The translations under genes were made by a program, and so were the position numbers. The notes beneath the pieces are model-generated. The model was given only the letters and a program-made list of their open reading frames with translations, had not been told where the DNA came from and searched no databases. A stretch of DNA of 62,167 nt, the filler included, from Stramenopiles sp. TOSAG23-3 (Eukaryota): assembly GCA_900128585.1 (NCBI GenBank). It is 14 parts of 14 records of this genome, joined end to end, with 100 filler letters (N's around TTAATTAATTAA, not from the genome) between each part and the next. Parts side by side here need not be neighbours in the genome. Positions count along the whole stretch, not along the records: positions 8,950 to 13,310 come from LT643857.1; positions 13,411 to 17,763 come from LT643858.1; positions 17,864 to 22,215 come from LT643859.1; 11 more parts are not named here. One strand, 5' to 3'. Shown here one piece after another: positions 10,990 to 22,315 of the stretch; the first letter of the stretch is position 1; each line of letters opens with the position of its first letter.

Positions 10990-12408
10990 TCAAACACGCG
11001 TAGTGGTGAGTTCAATTTCATTTTCATGTTTCGACTCCAGGCTCAAATATTTGTTTTTCTCCAACTGCCTGCGACCTGCGATTGCAACCCACACGGCACA
11101 CGTGAATGGGAAGATTGCACCAAAGACAAAAGCACTATTAAAAGAGCCTGTGACATCGCGCACATACCCAAACGGCAGTGGCCCCAACGCACTGCCTAAA
11201 ACACCACAAGCATCTGCAAGACCCTGTATTTCACCCAAGTGTTTCCTTCCGAAATAATTTGCGTACACGACCGACGCCACGTTCATTACAAAGCTGCCTC
11301 CCACGCCCTGAACAATGCAAACTAGCACCAGAAAGTTCTCATGAATCGCCATCGTTGGCACGAGCACCATGCATGAACCATTCATAATCAACCCCGCCAC
11401 AAGAACCAAATAACCCTTCTCCTTAAACGAATCTATCAGGCGACCACTCCAAATCCTCCCGACAACGGATGATAATGCCAGGACAGGGTAAATGAAGTTG
11501 ACAAAATCCGGGTTTATCGAATAATCTCGCATCACTCCCTTCAAGTGAAACCAGAAGGCTGTTCCGGTCGCTGCCACAATAAGGAGACTGGTAGAGTTGC
11601 TCCAGAATGCTACGGTTCGAAACGCATCTTTAGGAAGCCAAGCTACTTCTTTGCTGCCGTGTGTGTCGTCCGCTGCCTTTGTACCGTCGGTCTCTGTTGC
11701 AACCGTGGGCTCCAGTGCTCGCCCATCAGGAAGCATTCCATACCGCTCTGGCTGGTTTCGGTAGAAGATGTACCCAAGGGGCGCCATAAAAAATACGCTA
11801 ACCAAACCGAGCCTGATGTATAACGGTCGCCACCCAATCGTTGTAATTGCAGCATTTAGTACGATCGGGAAAATGCCCGTCATCCCTAGAGACACGAGGG
11901 CACCAGCAATGCCCATCATTTGCCCGCGCAAATTCACCCACCAGTAATTGATTGTCATCTTGGACACCATCATAAGTGACCCTTGCCCAAAAAATCTCAA
12001 CATAAAAAACGATAGGAGCAAGACCAACACATTACGTGCCTGTGAAATGACAAAACATGCCATTCCCAGCATAAAAGCGATGACCAAAACCATCTTTTGA
12101 ACACCCACTCGGTCAATTATTCTTCCCATCCGTGTCAAACAAATAGCGGACGCTGTCGTCGCGAAAAAATAAAGCGCAGTGACCGTCGTAAGCGATATGT
12201 CAATATCCTCGATAATGACGTTGATTACCACTCCAATGCACGGAGACTGACCTGGTGCAGTCAACGTTTTCCCTATTGTGCAGACAGCCAATATGATGTA
12301 CCCATAATGAACACATGGAAAAAACTTTGCTATTTTAAGCTCTTCGATAGGTCCCCCCTCCCCCTCAGTTTCCCCGTTTTGGATTTCCTCGGCCCGGTCG
12401 GCGCTCAT
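10990..12408 (-). CDS. Major facilitator superfamily transporter
   Basis: About 12 hydrophobic helices in two halves. MFS motif A as GRIIDRVG, repeated as GRLIDSFK; NYFGRKHLG loop. Confidence 0.9.
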   Translation of the reverse strand: MSADRAEEIQNGETEGEGGPIEELKIAKFFPCVHYGYIILAVCTIGKTLTAPGQSPCIGVVINVIIEDIDISLTTVTALYFFATTASAICLTRMGRIIDRVGVQKMVLVIAFMLGMACFVISQARNVLVLLLSFFMLRFFGQGSLMMVSKMTINYWWVNLRGQMMGIAGALVSLGMTGIFPIVLNAAITTIGWRPLYIRLGLVSVFFMAPLGYIFYRNQPERYGMLPDGRALEPTVATETDGTKAADDTHGSKEVAWLPKDAFRTVAFWSNSTSLLIVAATGTAFWFHLKGVMRDYSINPDFVNFIYPVLALSSVVGRIWSGRLIDSFKEKGYLVLVAGLIMNGSCMVLVPTMAIHENFLVLVCIVQGVGGSFVMNVASVVYANYFGRKHLGEIQGLADACGVLGSALGPLPFGYVRDVTGSFNSAFVFGAIFPFTCAVWVAIAGRRQLEKNKYLSLESKHENEIELTTTRV

Positions 12409-12993
12409 CGGCGGCCTTTCTGTTTTGTTTTATTTTCTTACAATGGATGATATAGCCTCAACCCGCCGCGCCTTTAAATACCTACGTTCCGATCCTTTTT
12501 TTAATGTGAATTCGCATTTTTCAGTGCCTTTCCGTCTATAATTAATTACAAAGAAATGGACATGATTATTATACATGTTTCTTCAACTCTTTTCATTCAA
12601 AGTTCTTTTCCCCAACTAACAAAAACGAAAAGAGAAGTTGTAGGAGGAAGGAGGTCGTCGCTCGGAGATAATAGAAAAGGCACACAGCATTGCATAGGAA
12701 GATTCTACCGCCGCCGCTCCTCCTCCTCCTCGCCTAAAAAAAAATAAAAATAAAATACTATACTTTTGGTACGTACTACTATACCCTTGGTAGCTGTAAG
12801 TTATATTACATACCTACCCTGGTAAAAAAAAAATCTCTCTTCTTCTCATCTCAGATCTCAGATCTCAACAGATGAGGAGGAGCATCATTATAATCACAGC
12901 ATAAGGATCATCTCATCGATCTATATATTATTAGTGAATAATGTAATTAAAATATTATTATTATCGATTTTAGAACTCCTATTACTTGGTATT

Positions 12994-13308
12994 TTATAGA
13001 AAGTCTGAGCCAGCAGCTGGAGATGGAACCCCCCCCCGATTATTTGGTGTACTAGTTCGAAATTGTTTTGCACCATTCCTTCCATCTGGGTTACGCGCTT
13101 TCTTTCGCTTCTTTCCTATTTCAACCCGAGGAGAAGCTTCTCTTTCACGACCGCGTCCCGCGCCTCTTCCACGACCACGTCCCGCGCCTCTTCCACGACC
13201 CCCTCCTCTTCCACGACCACGCCCCCCTCCTCTTCCACGATCACGACCCCCTCCTCTTCCGCGACCTCCGGTTCCAAAATCACTTCTGCCGCGTCCACGC
13301 CCGCGCCC
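12994..13308 (-). CDS. RG/RGG-rich C-terminus of a 5'-partial protein (missed by the ORF track)
   Basis: Minus frame reads GRGRGRGRSDFGTGGRGRGGGRDRGRGGGRGRG...EIGKKRKKARNP...GSDFL*, with TAA at 12994-12996 followed by an AT-rich spacer. The Pro-Arg ORFs on the plus strand are its shadow. Confidence 0.65.
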   Translation of the reverse strand, partial: GRGRGRGRSDFGTGGRGRGGGRDRGRGGGRGRGRGGGRGRGAGRGRGRGAGRGREREASPRVEIGKKRKKARNPDGRNGAKQFRTSTPNNRGGVPSPAAGSDFL

Positions 13309-13851
13309 GCNNNNNNNNNNNNNNNNNNNNNNNNNNNNNNNNNNNNNNNNNNNNTTAATTAATTAANNNNNNNNNNNNNNNNNNNNNNNNNNNNNNNNNN
13401 NNNNNNNNNNACTCAAGTCAATTAATCCAGTTCAAGCGACAAACGTTTAATAAATAACTGGGAAGGTATTTATTTGCAAAAGATTTTTTTAAAATCAAGT
13501 GTGAACCGAAGTATTTATATTATACCGGTTTGCTGTAGGCTGTGTAGCACGGTCGCAAAAAAAAAAGGAACCTCCAGGGGGGGGGGGGGCATAAAGTGTC
13601 AGTTTTAATGTTAAGCCCATGCTATTTTTTTAGATTTTTTAGATTTGTTTTGGCGTGTTGGATCTTCTCCCAATTATAGTTTACAATACATAAGATCCGT
13701 AAACTTTGACCCACGTCTTCACAACCGGCATCGTTCATCGAACAAAGCCTGCGGATTCGTCAAAACACTGCAATACCAAATTCTGTTTAAAAAAATACTG
13801 CAATACCAAATTCGGTTTTCCTCTTTTTCCAACTCTTTGTGTCATTTAACG

Positions 13852-16800
13852 ATGAAGCACTGTCAAGCCCTGGTCATCGGTCTCTTTTGCATTTTGTATG
13901 TTTCCACGGGAGTGGTCGCGAGGCGCAACGATGCAACGTTTGAAAAGCAAAATATCGAAAGCTTTCTTCAAATGAAGGCAACAAGAAGGTCAAGTGCGGC
14001 TGGAGAATCCCCTATGGGTAACATGATGAAAAACAAAAAAGCCACCAGACAAGAAGAAGCCAAAGAGATGAGTGATGGGCTATACAAGCGGCTGAAGGCT
14101 CAGCTCGTCTCGTACGTTGATGGGGACAAAAAGTTAAAGGGACCACGGGGTGCCTCAGGACCCACCGGTGATCGTGGACGAGATGGCAGAGATGGCCGGC
14201 CGGGTCAAGACGGGTCCAACGGTGCGAGAGGCCCAAAAGGCGATAAAGGTGACCCTGGAAGCAAAGGAAGCGACGGGCTTGGTCTGCGCTTGCGAGAGTT
14301 CAGGTCGCACTCCAAGTACGCACCAGGCGATTACGTATTTGCCAAGTCCACAAAAGGCGACCACAGCACAATGTACGTCGCGGAGAAAACCTTCGTTGCG
14401 AAAAAATTACCGTCCCAAGACTTGGGAAATTGGGATGAGTTTGAAGCTCCAAAGGGTGAGAAAGGAGACAAAGGTGAGCCTGGCACAATCGGAAGTGACG
14501 GCCAGCGCGGTGACAAGGGAGAGCCAGGCATCGCTGGGCGAGTCGGCAAGCCCGGAAGACAAGGCAATAACGGAGAAAAAGGTGCTACCGGAAACGATGG
14601 AGAAAAGGGCGACCCGGGGAAAGACGGGGATACTGGACCGCAAGGTCCCAAAGGCAGCGACGGGAAAGCCGGTGCCAAGGGTGATAAAGGCGACGATGGA
14701 AAAAAGGGCGACCCGGGGAAAGACGGGGATACTGGAGCGCCCGGGACCAAAGGAAGCGACGGGCTTGGTCTGCGCTTGCGAGAGTTCATGTTCCACACCA
14801 AGTATGCACCAGGCGATTACGTATTTGCCAAGTCCTCAAAAGGCGACCACAATACAATGTACGTTGCGGAGAAAACCTTCGTTGCGAAAAAAGTACCGTC
14901 CCAAGACTTGGGAAATTGGGAAGAGTTTGAAGCTCCTAAAGGGGAACAGGGGGACAAGGGGGAAAAGGGCGATGCGGGGCCGCGCGGAGAAAGTGTTCGA
15001 GGTAGCCCGGGTCCCACTGGTAAGCAAGGGAAGCCTGGACCTAGGGGGCGCCCTGGGAAGGATGGCGAGGACGGAGAAGACGGCCCGAAAGGCCAAGCCG
15101 GTGCGCCTGGAAAAGAGGGGAAAGCAGGGGCCCCTGGTAAAGAAGGGAGAGTATTCGCAGCGGCGTACCAAGTCGCCATGCGAAGAGTGTCGAAAGACAA
15201 GAGTATTGACGAAGATGTCCCTGCAGTATTCAAGACCTCGTTGGACACCGCGAAGGCAGCTGTGGGCTCAAGCGTCGTGGCTTCGAAGCTTGCGGACCGC
15301 TCGGAAAGAGACGCCCTTAACACTTTCTCCCCCAAGTTGGTAAAATTCTCCAAGGAATCGCGAACGATAGATTCCAAGTATAAATCGGAGCAGGTGATGC
15401 TCAACAAAGATATGGAAGAAACTTCAAGTACGATTACCATTCAAGGACGAAAGGAGGTTATGGTCAAGTATTCGAAATTGAAAAGTGTCGGCCACATGTC
15501 CATTTATAACAATAAGTTTGTAGAGCGCATCGAGTTTCCAGAACTGGTCAGCGTCGGGAGACTGCAAATATACAACTGTCCGAACCTGAAAGAAATCTAC
15601 TTTCCGAAACTGAAAGAGGCCGACAACATTCAGATTTACAAAACGAAACAGTTAAAATGGGCCTCGTTCCCGAGCCTGACCGAGGTGGCAAACGGTGTAC
15701 AAATAACGACGGGCAGCAAAACAATGGAGTTTGTACACCTCCCATCCCTTGAAAGCACAACGAGCCTGACCGTTTATGACAGGAAGCTAAAGCGAGTGTT
15801 CGCCCCGGTGCTGAAGGAAATCGAGGGAACTCTGAACGTTTATGGTAGACGCCTCGAGGCATTGAACTTTCCCAAGCTTCGAACCTTGAACTCGTGGAAT
15901 AACTTGCCGTCTGGCACGAGAACGCTGGAGCATATTAATTTTCCAAGCTTGGAAGAAGTGCCCTCGATTTACATCAGCGCATTGAGATCGCTACGATGGG
16001 TGTCTTTTGCGTCTCTGTCCTCTACGAGCAACATACACATCATAAACTGCCGCAACTTGGAATCGGTTTCGATGCCGTACCTGGACCACACGACAAACGG
16101 CCTGAATATTTACGGAAACCGCAAGCTGAAGGAGATTAGTTTTGTTTCATTAAAGGAAATCGAGAACAGCGGGGTAAACGTTTACAACAACAAGAAAATG
16201 AAACGCCTTTCCTTTCCCGTGCTCAAGACGATCCATGGTAGAATCTACGTAGCTAATAGCAAGGCACTCGAGCGTTTGGATTTCCCTGCGCTCACGTCTT
16301 GCACAAAATGCAATATCCAGTTTTTAAACTTGAAAAGCATTAAAAAAATTGAACTCGACAAATTGAAGGAGGCTGATAGCTCAGTTACAATTACTTCGAA
16401 TTCGAAGTTGCGAAGCATTTCGCTCAAATCGTTGGTCACGGTGGAGACGCATTTAAATATAGGCCAGAACAAAAAGTTGGAGCGTCTGTCACTCCCCGAG
16501 TTGAAAAAGGTTAAAAACTTGCAAGTGCAGCAGAACCCAAAATTAAAGGCGTTGAATTTACCCTCCTTGAAAAAGGCAGATCAGGTCTATGTGTACCAAA
16601 ACCAGGACATGGAAACCACTTCTATGGAGAGGCTTGTAGAGGTCTCTAATTTCCAGGTCGTCAGCAATGGGGATCTGATATCGATGGGCTTCCGTAGCTT
16701 GAAAAAGGTTGAAAAGCAGTTCCGAGTAACCGACCTTCGTTCACTGAAAAAGTTCTCGTTCCCATCGCTTGAGTCCACGGAAGGTTGCCTGCAACTATCA

Positions 16801-17763
16801 AGTTTCCGACGGCTGGAAGCAATCGACTTGCCGAAGATTACGGAAGTGCAGTGCGTGACCATAAATGGCAATCCGAAATTGAAAACAATTTCTATGCCCT
16901 CGTTGGTGAGCCTGACGAACGATTTTCAGATTAATAACGACGGAAAGTTACAGACACTTGAACTTCCGCGCTTCCGTGAATGTCGAAATTTTTACGTCAA
17001 CATGAACAGGGGTGACACGGAAAAGGTATCCTTTCCGGCATTAAAAACGGTCAATAACTTCAATGTAAACCTGCAGTACCTGGGAGATTTGACGACCGTG
17101 TCGTTTCCTGTCATTGAAACGATACATTCTTTACGCCTTTCTTACAACGGCAAGTTGAAGAAAGTGTACTTTCCTAAACTAAAATCTGTGAGACAAACCT
17201 TATATGTTGGCTACAACAGGGCCTTGGAGTCATTGGAGGGGCTGATAAAACGGTTAGAAAGGGTTGATAACTCATTGCAGATACAGCGTAATGACAAGCT
17301 TAAGGCGCTTGAATTTCCGGCCCTCGCGAACCCCCCGAGGAATTTGTACATGCCAAGTATCTTGAGCCCACAATTGGAAATATTAAGACTTCCTTTGCAA
17401 AAAACATTAAAAGGAGGTGTGCAAGTCTCAAACAGTGGAAATCTGAAAGTTCTTGACCTGCCAAAACTGACAACGGCATATGGTGGTGTTAATCTTCGCA
17501 ATTCGAAGCTCGTGAATCTTAATTTGCCTGCCCTGACAACGATTCAAGGTAATATATACATCTATAATAACTTGAAACTAGAAAAGGTGAACTTACCAAA
17601 ATTAAAATCAATGTCGGGTTCGAACCCGTCTATTGCGCTGCAGAACGTTAAGAAACTGACTGAGTTTGTGATGCCTAAAAACATAGACGCGACTGTGAGC
17701 GTGAGTTTGCAAAACACTGGGTTGAAACATTTTGTATACCCCAAACTGAATGTGCGAAGTTTG
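13852..17763 (+). CDS. Secreted collagen-like protein with two CBM5/12-like inserts and a long receptor-L-domain/LRR-like repeat region, 3'-partial
   Basis: Signal peptide MKHCQALVIGLFCILYVSTGVVA. Gly-X-Y tracts at about 14140-15147, interrupted twice by a ~60-aa module. More than 25 repeats of a fPxLxxV..lxixxnxxL pattern run from about 15420 to the contig end. Confidence 0.85.
14275..14940 (+). repeat. Internal duplication of the ~180-bp globular insert (14275-14454 and 14761-14940)
   Basis: Two near-identical copies starting gggcttggtctgcgcttgcgagagttca, 486 bp apart. Confidence 0.92.
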
Positions 17764-18125
17764 NNNNNNNNNNNNNNNNNNNNNNNNNNNNNNNNNNNNN
17801 NNNNNNNTTAATTAATTAANNNNNNNNNNNNNNNNNNNNNNNNNNNNNNNNNNNNNNNNNNNNTACCGAGTACGTAATAATATTACCTGATACCGCTTAC
17901 TATCAGGCTGTATAATAGAAAAATAAAAAAGAAGAATCAAATTATTCTACCGTATCATACCAGTACGGTACCCGGTACAGGTACCTACCAGGTACGGAAC
18001 GGAGACGGTTCAAGAGTAACTAAAAGAGAGGGCCAATTTTTTCAACACGGAATGAGAGTGAGAGAGGCAGGGTGTTTGTTTTTTGAAAAAGAAAAAACAA
18101 AATTTAAAAAAGACTTAACACCCTC

Positions 18126-20031
18126 TTAAAATGTTCTAGCCGAACCAACGATAGATTCTGTAGCGGCGACACTCTTTTTGAAATCATCTACGGTAATTTG
18201 AACCCCATTCGAACCATTTGTTTGTTGGGAAATATTGTTGGAAAGTAGCGCCAGCAGCTCCCGTCGCTTCCGTTCTTTAAAATCCTCTGACGACTCCGAC
18301 TGGCCAAACACCCAAGAACTCCAACTATTGTTTTCCTCTTCGATCATGCATACTGTACTCCTTTATTTTTTCTATTTCCATTCGTGTGCAGCCTAGGCGG
18401 ACTAGCAATGTTTGCAAACTATCCCAAGATTCCTCTTGCGAAACGTCAGCTGCTTTGCCTACTAAGACATCTATGACACTATCCTTGATCGGCTTCAGCT
18501 CTACAATTTCGCCAGACTCGTAAGCCGCAGACAGGCGGTTCGCGTGTGCTACAACAATTTCATAAGTTTTCACACGTTCGTCTAATTCGACCGTATTTCC
18601 CTTGGGTTCAACTTGCTCTGGCAAGGCCTCTAGTGGCTCATTTTTCTGACCTTCTAGCGCTTGGATGATTGTTTGAATTTTGCCCCATTCTTCCTCGTCT
18701 TCCTCGTCAGCTTCAAACTTATCCGCCCCGCTGGGCACGATGACCGGGCTATTGTATCCTTCAAAATTGTCGGTTGGCAGTTCTAGTTTCTTGCCAGAGA
18801 ATGGAGTCGGGGTATCCACCGCAGCTTCTAGTTTCTTACACTTTGCAAGCAATTTCGCATGTTCCAACGACAGAGATGCTAAACGTCTGGCGTACATTTG
18901 AGCAATAGACGCCATTTGACCATCTGCCTCCTTACGCGGCTTGGTAGCGGATTGTGTCATTGCTTTCCTGTAGTCAAGGGTCAACTTCAGGTGTTGTTTC
19001 GCTTGTTCAACAGCAGAGGAAGGGAACTTACCCTCGTTTGCGAATCGAGAACTATCGGCATCAAACTTTCGCATGCTGTTGAACACCGGTTTTATAGGGG
19101 AACTAGCCCCCCTCACGGACGGTGTTACGCACAAGGCATTTGAAAGATCCGCGGCTTCCAGTTTTGGCGGGCGCGCTTTTCCTGGCGAAACAATGGGCGC
19201 ACTAACCTCGCCGCTGCCCCAGGCTACTTCTTCGGGAACGACAGTGTCCGGATCCACCACAGCATCTCCAGCTTGCTTCTGTGTTTCTACATGTTGCACA
19301 CTAACGAAAGACGGGGCAGAAACGAGAGGCTCAGCCTCATCAAAGGCCTTTCCAGGGTCGCTGTTATCTGTGGTGCTTGTGTTTTCGTCCGGTGCACTGG
19401 CTCTGCCACCTTCGAACGTCACTTCTTCCTCGGGTGGCCCAGAACTATTATCAACCTGCGGCTGAAAATTTTCCCTGTATGTATGCGCATTGACCTGAGA
19501 AACAGTATAGTGAATGCTTGTTGCGCTATCATTGGGAAATTGAGGGGGCTGATTAGGGAAGGGAGAGGCTTCCGAACCAGCACTGCCAGACGGAAACGTA
19601 CGAGCTGCAGCTGGCACGAAAATATTCGGTTGGACATTATTAGCAGTACTTTCTACCCGGTCAAAGTCGAGCGTGCCCCCCCTACTTGGGGCGGCTTTCT
19701 TGAAGTCCGCGCACGGGTCACACACCACCTCCATGGAGACACCACAGGTGCAGCCCAAGCCGCACGTGCAGTCTGGGCACTTGCACTGTGTGTTCGGACA
19801 CAGCTCCTTCCCATAAGCGGTGGACGAACTTTCCATTCGTGAACTTGTCAACGTAGGAGTATTATGATCAGCAGAATTCAATGTCTCTTCTACAACCTGA
19901 CTGTTGCTAGATGGTGCCGAGCCGAAAACGCTAGCAGCGGCGTTGTTTTCTTGGGGCGAGCCAAAATATTCACCCCCGCTCGCGGGACGGCTATCAAAAA
20001 AGCGAATAGCGCCGAATCCTGGTTTCTGCAT
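18126..20031 (-). CDS. Hypothetical disordered/coiled-coil protein with embedded metallothionein-like Cys cluster; apparent +1 frameshift near 18350
   Basis: ORF 18325..20031 contains CPNTQCKCPDCTCGLGCTCG...CDPC. Overlapping ORF 18126..18347 (IEEENNSWSSWVFG...) reads as the C-terminus. Confidence 0.65.
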
Positions 20032-20415
20032 GACGAATCGATTACAAACAGTGCGTCAGCTCAACAACGGAATTTCTCCAAGCGCGAGTAAGAAAGGAAT
20101 AAGACTCGCAAGGTACTTGACAGCGGAAATTTTTATCTCTTTTCTTATTTATGTTCTTCTTGTTGTTGGTGTGAATGATCAATTGTTGGTTTATTTATTA
20201 CTACTGTTACATTTGAAAACGATAGAGAATAATAACAAAAAAAATACAAAAAAATATTAGAATAATATTATATAATTCTTGGTAGAAGACGACTACCGTG
20301 CTATTATCCGTGGTGTCTTCTGTCTGTCTGCCTCTGGTGTTGTTTTTGTCTATTTTAATTTTAATACTATATTACTGTGTGTATATATATTAATAGTCGT
20401 CTAATATAATAAATA

Positions 20416-20463
20416 ATTGGGGGAAGGAGGATGGAGATGATTGGGGGAAGGAGGATGGAGATG
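20416..20463. repeat. Perfect 24-bp tandem duplication in intergenic DNA
   Basis: attgggggaaggaggatggagatg x2. Confidence 0.9.
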
Positions 20464-20544
20464 ATGAAATAATTCGTAAAAATACTTTCTCTGATTTTTG
20501 GATGTACCTGGTATTAACAACACCAATTCCTTTTATTCAACAAG

Positions 20545-22215
20545 TTAGCCCACAACGTTGTCCCGAACATTTTCAAGCACAATGTCTTCTCCTTTCTCGG
20601 CGTTTTCTTTTTTTGCCCTTTGGTCAATGCGCCCCATCGCTGCTTCAGCGCGTTGAAGATTCCCTGAGCCAACGAAAGCATCGTAGGCCAGCTGATTCTT
20701 ACCCTGTCGCTCCAGCATTTTCCCAAGTTCAAACAGCATCATGGACACGTTTTTATCATATGGCGACAGTTTTGCAGTCGCTAGCACAAGGGCATCTTTC
20801 AGTAATTTGTGTCGCATGTACATTTGGACAGCAGCACCAACTTTGGACACCGACACGTAGTAATTGGCAGCCATATGGATATCGCCAGATGCTTCCAACT
20901 GGGATGCGTAGGCCATCACTGCTCTTTCCCATAATTCTTCGCCTCCTGACATACTTAAAGCTACCCAATCCGAAGTCAATCTTTTTTCCTTGATCATCCG
21001 ATTTACAGTTTGCCAAATCTCGCCCCTCCAGGACTCTACGACCCTCGCTGCCCTGTAATTTCCCGTGGTTCGATGGGACAAAATTTGCTTATTGAGCAAC
21101 ACTTCGCACGAACGAATTAAACGGTTTTCTACACTATACGAGACGTCGTCAGCAGGGTTTTCACGAATTTCTCTGTATTGTTGCAGCATAGCACGGGTGT
21201 CTTCGCTCTCCGCCGCGAACAACGGGATTGCCGACTTTGTTTTTTTCGATTTTCCTGAATTTTCTTTCGGTTTTAACGATGGTACCGCATTGCTTGAAGT
21301 TGGTAAGTGAGCCTTGTGCAGCTTTTGGGACGAGTAAATGCATGCCTTGGTCGGTGGGCCTTCAAAACTTTGCGTGTTAATGTCCCAAGAAAGAATGCTC
21401 TGGTCTTCTGACCCGGAATACAATACTCCTTCGTTTGTAGACGACCAAATTACACACGTAACTCGTTCACTGTGACCACGACAATTCACCACCGAAGCGT
21501 GGGAGGCTATATCCCAGACGTTAGCGGTTTTGTCGTGAGAGGCGGTGGCCAAAATTTCTTTCGTCGGGTGCCACGAGACGTCGCTCACAGGCTTGTTGTG
21601 ACCTCTAAATACTACCACATCTGAGACGTCCCGGCCACCTGGCCCAACATTGACGACTCGCGCTGAGCGATCTTCAGAGCCCGTGGCCAACCACGAATCA
21701 CGATGTTCTAACGGGCACCATTTCATCGCAGTGATAGCTTGCAAATGGTAATTGTAAGTGAAGACGCTCAGGGATTGCACCTGCTCCGAATCTAAATTCC
21801 AAAGAGGCAGTTTTGGCGTCAAAAAAATGCGTATAGCCCCGTCAGAATAACCTGCGGCCAATAGATGGTTCGAATCACTTGCTCTCTGGTTTGCCCAAGC
21901 AAACCGCGTCACTTTCCCACCGTCCATGTTTCCCCCAATGACTGTTTGAAGCAGTTGCCCTAAGGGTCTACCTTCAGCACGGTGCCCCTTTGGGACAAAT
22001 TCAAAAAATTCACCATTGCACGTGCACGAGTAAAAGAGAGCATCTTGGGTGCCCCCTTTAGTTCCATCATGATCGCCGAACGCACGCCATCCTACGTGCG
22101 CCACTGCTGAGTTTTGCGTATACGCGCATTCGTACGTGTGGTTTTTCTCTTTTTCAACGTCGAATAGACCAACTCTCCCATCCAACGTCCCGTAGCCAAT
22201 CCATCCTTCTGTTGT
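20545..22215 (-). CDS. GEMIN5: GEMIN5-like WD40 + TPR-like dimerisation domain protein, 5'-partial
   Basis: EGWIGYGTLDGRVGLFD and several WD40 repeats (GHNKPVSDVSWHP...TASHDKTANVWD). These are followed by LTSDWVALS...LWERAVMAYASQL...AANYYVSVSKVGAAVQMY...DALVLATAKL, resembling the Gemin5 TPR-like module. Confidence 0.75.
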   Translation of the reverse strand, partial: TTEGWIGYGTLDGRVGLFDVEKEKNHTYECAYTQNSAVAHVGWRAFGDHDGTKGGTQDALFYSCTCNGEFFEFVPKGHRAEGRPLGQLLQTVIGGNMDGGKVTRFAWANQRASDSNHLLAAGYSDGAIRIFLTPKLPLWNLDSEQVQSLSVFTYNYHLQAITAMKWCPLEHRDSWLATGSEDRSARVVNVGPGGRDVSDVVVFRGHNKPVSDVSWHPTKEILATASHDKTANVWDIASHASVVNCRGHSERVTCVIWSSTNEGVLYSGSEDQSILSWDINTQSFEGPPTKACIYSSQKLHKAHLPTSSNAVPSLKPKENSGKSKKTKSAIPLFAAESEDTRAMLQQYREIRENPADDVSYSVENRLIRSCEVLLNKQILSHRTTGNYRAARVVESWRGEIWQTVNRMIKEKRLTSDWVALSMSGGEELWERAVMAYASQLEASGDIHMAANYYVSVSKVGAAVQMYMRHKLLKDALVLATAKLSPYDKNVSMMLFELGKMLERQGKNQLAYDAFVGSGNLQRAEAAMGRIDQRAKKENAEKGEDIVLENVRDNVVG

Positions 22216-22315
22216 NNNNNNNNNNNNNNNNNNNNNNNNNNNNNNNNNNNNNNNNNNNNTTAATTAATTAANNNNNNNNNNNNNNNNNNNNNNNNNNNNN
22301 NNNNNNNNNNNNNNN

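Noticed and set aside
14150-15343. 397-aa alternative-frame ORF over the collagen region
   Set aside because: A by-product of repetitive, stop-poor Gly-X-Y codons.
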